A stretch of DNA of 36,345 nt from Methanomicrobia archaeon LH_S13 (GTDB lineage: Archaea; Halobacteriota; Syntropharchaeia; Alkanophagales; Methanospirareceae): contig JAGXOR010000002.1 of the NCBI GenBank assembly GCA_023659785.1, positions 1 through 36,345 of the forward strand, read 5' to 3'. The notes below the pieces were generated by a model. The model ran no database searches, was not told the origin of the DNA, and was given only the letters and a program-made list of their open reading frames with translations. The position numbers and the translations under genes are program-made. Each line of letters begins with the position of its first letter. The first letter of the stretch is position 1. Positions 32,306 through 36,345 of the stretch are shown piece after piece.

Positions 32306-33790
32306 GGAGAAGAGCCGCCGTGCTCTGAGTGCCATGTAACAGTACCGCAGACATTCTTGAATGGTGCCAATGCTGTATTCCATATCTCTTTTCCACCCCA
32401 TGCATCCACACAGTACGCCCTCTCCTCATCCGAATAAGCAGTGCCGAAGTATGTGTTGCCGTAGCCGATCGCGGGCACGGATTGAGAATTTCCGGATACT
32501 GTAAAGTTCCATATCTCGATCCCATTTTGTTTATCTATGCAGTAGTAGCGGCATCCATCCCAGTCCCCGGCATAGACCGCTCTGCTTGTAACCGCGGGAC
32601 CACCGTTAACAGAACCTTTACCCCCGGGAATCTAAAATCCCATTCTTTCTCGCCGTCATCTGCATCTATGCGATAAACGTGGCTGCCACCTCCCGTTGAA
32701 CCACCAGAAGTTACAAAGACGCTATCATCCTTATAGGCTGGCGTTGCCCATAAGCCATACACTCGCGTTTTTATTGGCGTTCCCCCACAATATCTCTCCA
32801 TCCGAGTTATCCAGTGCAACAAGATATGTGTAATCAGAGTACTTTCCCTGCCCTCCAGTACAATATACAAATATCTTTAATGATACTCTAGAGGATTATT
32901 GCCGTTCTTAGTGTAGGTTAAGGGATCTTTCCCGGCAACAACGATCGCCTGAATCGCAGATGAGGTTGTCAGCACACCTAAAAATCCACCGTCATCCCCT
33001 TGTTTGCTTTTAAGATAGTCCAGTGCATCTTTTATCGTATCCGAATCTTTATCCTCTCCAGCAGCAACAAGTGCTTGAATCACATGCGAAGTTGTTTGAA
33101 CATCGCTCTCGCTACGACCCCATCCATCCTCCATCATCACAATTTTGTTTCGATTTTATGTAATCTGTTGCATTTATAATCATGTTATCGGTTGTTTGGT
33201 CTTTATCTCCACAGGATACGAGTGCAAGTATTGCATCATCCTTCAGGTCAAACAGGTCTTCAGGGACGCTAAACTGCTCGCCATCATAGTAGGATTTGAG
33301 CATTACGAGATAATTCACATCGCCATAATTCGTAGGGTCGTCTCCAGTCGCACTTATAACTATGACCATCCGTGCAAAGTCCTCAACGCTGCTGAGGCAG
33401 GGCGGGTTTGACCCGGGAGGAGCGTATATCACCTCATTCATTGGCTTGTTTCGCAGGTAGTCAATAATAGAATAATTGTAAGGCGTCCATCTCCCGGTTG
33501 AAGGATTCTCCCCCGCTGCTATCATATCAGCCGAGTGCAGCCCAGCCAGAGTTGGAGAATCCACTTATGCTACTCGTGGGAAGCAGTGATTTATTCGTGC
33601 TCAAAAGTCTAATGCGCGATCTAACTCGTCAGAATAGTTGTAGTAAGAGGTGACAGCACTAACGTCAACCTCAAGCTCGTTGTTTTTATAGCTTGCCTCC
33701 CTTATCTCATCTACTGGCTTTAGTTCGACCTTCAATTTATAATTATCTACCTTTGTAGTTTGTAGGCATCCATTCAAATCTTACAACCTG
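32257..33790 (-). pseudogene. Decayed paralogue of the giant surface protein (CARDB, then alpha/alpha-toroid repeats, then PQQ blades) with multiple frameshifts and stops
   Basis: The CARDB tail is FEWMPTNYKG / DNYKLKVELKPVDEIREASYKNNELEVDV. The toroid repeats are KQNCDDGGWMGS, MEDGWGRSESDVQTTSHVIQALVAAG and KQGDDGGFLG. The PQQ blades are WATPAYKDDSVFVTSGG…YRIDADDGEKEW and NTYFGTAYSDEERAYCVDAWGGKEIWN. These are spread over at least 5 ORF pieces in different frames. Confidence 0.75.
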
Positions 33791-33794
33791 CTCT

Positions 33795-33995
33795 TCATGG
33801 TCTTTCACAAGAAATATTAATCCTATTCAGCAAATATTCGATAATATACTCAAGAGTTTTTCCTCCTTTTTCATACAAATAACTTTCTTCTACCCTCTTG
33901 GCGAGTTCAAAAGAAGATTTTAGTTGGGCGGCTTTTGCCACTCCAATCCCTCTCACTTTGGACAGCTCTTCAACAGAAGCATTATTTTGATAAAT
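33795..33995 (-). pseudogene. RadC-like helix-hairpin-helix region fragment (no start, truncated)
   Basis: My own translation is IYQNNASVEELSKVRGIGVAKAAQLKSSFELAKRVEESYL…. It matches the RadC/UPF0758 HhH segment (as.eeL..v.GIG..KA..l.a..EL..R). The JAB/MPN domain is absent, and the fragment abuts the CARDB remnant. Confidence 0.5.
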
Positions 33996-34042
33996 CTAAT
34001 ACATTTACCAATGTATATTCTTTATAAAACCAGGAATTGAAA

Positions 34043-35821
34043 ATGAGCCTCATTAACCCGCATTTAATCTTGCTTCACCCACCAGCAGTATACGATTTCA
34101 GACAGTACTCTGTATTATACGGTCCAATCGCAGATGGTGTGCCTTCAACTCCGATATTCGAAATATACCCCATCGGCTTCTTTTCTATCATGGAATATCT
34201 GGAGAGAAATGGCATGCGCGTGAGAATAATCAATTTAGCAGCGAGAATGCTCGCCAGTGACGATTTCGATGTTGAGAAAATGATACGCTCCGTCGAACCA
34301 AAGGCTTTTGGAATTGACCTCCACTTTTTGCCTCATGCCCACGGGAGCATCGAAATAGCGAAGATATGCAAACGTTATCACCCCGACATACCCGTCATCT
34401 TCGGTGGGTTTTCCGCAACTTACTTCTATGAAGAGTTAATCCACTATCCCGAGGTGGATTTTATCCTAAGAGGTGATTCCGCAGAAGAGCCGCTTCTAAT
34501 GCTCATGCGCGCGATTATTCGACATTCCCGCGCCGCCTACGGCTTCAGCGATATTCCAAACCTCGTTTGGAAGGATGACAGCAGCGAGGTGCACACAAAT
34601 CCGTTCACTCACGTGCCAACCGAAATAAACAAATTTTCAAATAATTACGTCTATGCTTTCAAATCAGCACTGAAATACCGTGATATTGCGGGTCTCGCCC
34701 CTTACCACGGCTGGTCTTCCGAATGGATGCAATATCCCATCACGCCAGTGATAACCTGCCGTGGATGTGCGTATAACTGCATCTTCTGCGGGGGCTCGAG
34801 GAACGCGCTCGCAAATTACTGCAATCGAGAGCGACCTGCTTTTCGTGACCCTCATTTAATCGCAGAGGACATTGTAAAAATCACACGATATACCAAAGCG
34901 CCTGTATTCGTGATAGGCGACATCCGCCAGCCGGGGCAGGAATACGCTCGCACGGTCTTAGAAGGCGTGAAAAAAGCAAAATCGCAAATTGGCAATCATC
35001 TCGTTTTTGAGTTGTTCACGCCTGCACCAGAGGAACATTTTGAACTCGTGGCTGAATCCGTCGAAAACTTTAATTTCGAAATATCCCCGGACAGCCATGA
35101 TGAGTCAATAAGAGCTGCCATGGGGAAACGGTATAAAAACGCAGAAATTGAAGATAATATAAGGTGGGCTCTGGATTTGGGGTGCAACAGATTTGATCTG
35201 TTCTTCATGATTGGACTCGCTTTTCAGACATGCGAATCCGCGATGGCGACTGTTGATTGGTGTGGAAACCTGATGGATAAGTTTGGCACGAAAGCAGTCC
35301 CTTTTATTTTGGCTTACAGTCCTTTCCTCGACCCTGGCTGTATAGCATACGAGAATCTTGAAAAATTCGGATATAAAATCCTTTTCAAAACGCTCGAGGA
35401 ATATCGAAAGGCAATGCTCGCGCCGAGCTGGAAATATGCTCTGAATTACGAGACGGAGTGGATGACACGAGCACAAATCGTGGACTGCACCTATCGAGCC
35501 GGGCTGAAACTGAACAAACTGAAGGCGGAATATGGTTTGATTGACGGGCATTCGTTCACGACAACGGAAGAGCGGATAAAGCGTGCAATTGACCTTACTG
35601 CAAGGATAGACGAAATAAAAGGGATAAAAGACGCATCAGCCCAGCAAGAGCGATTGATGCAATTGAAACCTGAACTCGATACGATTTTCCTCTCGATTAT
35701 CAATGAGAAGAAGCAGATGGAGTGGCCTGTGCCTGTTGGAAAGAGGACTTTCAGGGTTTTTCGGCTCCTCAAACAGATGATGCTCGAATATTTACATGCA
35801 AAACACACAAAAATGTATTGA
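34043..35821 (+). CDS. B12-binding-domain radical SAM protein (class B)
   Basis: The N-terminal Rossmann-like B12-binding region is ILLHPP…IGFFSIMEYLERNGMRVRIINL…DIPVIFGGFSATYF…DFILRGDSAEEPL. The radical SAM box is TCRGCAYNCIFCGG. The ATG at 34043 is preferred over the TTG at 34037. Confidence 0.8.
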   Translation: MSLINPHLILLHPPAVYDFRQYSVLYGPIADGVPSTPIFEIYPIGFFSIMEYLERNGMRVRIINLAARMLASDDFDVEKMIRSVEPKAFGIDLHFLPHAHGSIEIAKICKRYHPDIPVIFGGFSATYFYEELIHYPEVDFILRGDSAEEPLLMLMRAIIRHSRAAYGFSDIPNLVWKDDSSEVHTNPFTHVPTEINKFSNNYVYAFKSALKYRDIAGLAPYHGWSSEWMQYPITPVITCRGCAYNCIFCGGSRNALANYCNRERPAFRDPHLIAEDIVKITRYTKAPVFVIGDIRQPGQEYARTVLEGVKKAKSQIGNHLVFELFTPAPEEHFELVAESVENFNFEISPDSHDESIRAAMGKRYKNAEIEDNIRWALDLGCNRFDLFFMIGLAFQTCESAMATVDWCGNLMDKFGTKAVPFILAYSPFLDPGCIAYENLEKFGYKILFKTLEEYRKAMLAPSWKYALNYETEWMTRAQIVDCTYRAGLKLNKLKAEYGLIDGHSFTTTEERIKRAIDLTARIDEIKGIKDASAQQERLMQLKPELDTIFLSIINEKKQMEWPVPVGKRTFRVFRLLKQMMLEYLHAKHTKMY

Positions 35822-35857
35822 GCAAAGGAAGACGGAAATCACACCAAAGAAGAAAAA

Positions 35858-36345
35858 ATGTTACCCAGTGAATTGCTCATCACAAAGACGAAAAAGGACA
35901 GAATCCATCCGGTTTTTGTTCCGCTTGATGCAGAGCATCTGGAATTGGCTGATGAACTTATAGACGTTATCATAACTTTACAGGTAAGCACGGCGAGCAG
36001 TGTTCGAGGAAGCAAGCGAAGCAAGCAGCAGATGAATTACAAATAGAGTAGAAAGAGAGAAGGTAATTGGTGTAGTTGCAAAGAAACTGAACGTTTCCAT
36101 TGCGGATTTTGAGCAGTCGTCATGGGCAGACCAGGAATCCGAAGTCATATTGCATAAAAATCTCCCAACAGTTTGGTCAATACCAGGACGTTGAACCTTG
36201 ATTGCCACTTCTTTTTGAGTTTTATACCAGCAGCATTTATATTTATAGGTTTGAGAAGCTTTTAAAATGGATAAGAGAGCATGGTAAAACAGGGTTCACA
36301 AATAAGCGGTCTTAAGTCCACCTAAGTGATCATTACCCGGCTTCT
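35858..36345 (+). pseudogene. Bax1/DUF790-like nuclease gene, multiply frameshifted; runs off the window
   Basis: The N-terminus MLPSELLITKTKKDRIHPVFVPLDAEHLELADELIDVI fits my recollection of DUF790. GKHGEQ, EEASEAS and MNYK then fall in three different frames within ~60 nt. A later piece, VIGVVAKKLNVSIADFEQSSWADQESEVILHKN (36063..36194), is in yet another frame. Confidence 0.4.

Noticed and set aside
1-36345. A search for CRISPR arrays, tRNA/rRNA genes, transposases, integrases, IS inverted repeats and known defence-system genes.
   Set aside because: No regularly spaced repeats, cloverleaf-like segments, DDE/tyrosine-recombinase motifs or defence hallmark domains were seen. The only toxin-antitoxin-like elements are an isolated RHH gene and a truncated PIN-like stub. 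The only long repeat is the 211/217-bp asnB 5' duplication.

Overview
By gene content this is an archaeal chromosomal window from a Methanosarcinales/ANME-like euryarchaeon. Supporting genes are cbiZ, a DUF2149/ExbB-like pair, a PGF-CTERM sorting signal, metF-metV, an MJ0570-type dph6, DUF504 and gatC. TATA-type promoters are also visible. No rRNA, tRNA, CRISPR array, transposase or integrase was recognised.

Left third (1-13 kb): an Lrp/AsnC regulator, a SAM-methyltransferase and a rearranged HAD gene come first. They are followed by an ectoine cassette consisting of a fused ectA-ectB, ectC and a translationally coupled PP-loop/MurL-like gene of unknown role. The cassette is bracketed by 217/211-bp direct repeats that duplicate the asnB promoter and 5' end. 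After it come intact asnB, an archaetidylserine-synthase-like gene, gatC, a metallophosphoesterase, DUF504 and metV-metF.

Middle (13-21 kb): this stretch is dense in gene remnants. They include an ADH N-terminus, two radical-SAM remnants, Dph6-like and ExbB-like fragments, an internally deleted Glu/Leu-type dehydrogenase and a truncated PIN-like gene. A late cobalamin cluster sits here too. In it cbiB, cbiZ and a BtuC-like permease look intact, while cobD, cobS and a CobZ/PgpA-like gene are disrupted.

Right (21-32 kb): this is the most interesting locus. It is a six-gene operon on the minus strand with overlapping stop/start codons. The order is a 934-aa double PQQ-propeller secreted protein, a ~1630-aa CARDB/alpha-alpha-toroid/BNR/PQQ-propeller membrane-anchored surface protein, ExbB/MotA-like, ExbD-like (DUF2149), a BtuF-like binding protein with a PGF-CTERM anchor, and a PP-loop ATPase (Dph6 family). 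I propose it is a proton-motive-force-coupled surface capture/uptake machine in an organism without an outer membrane.

The window ends with a chimeric heap of decayed fragments (RadC, CARDB, toroid, PQQ, DUF4346), an intact B12-binding radical SAM gene and a frameshifted Bax1/DUF790-like gene. All family assignments come from motif recognition by eye. No searches were run.
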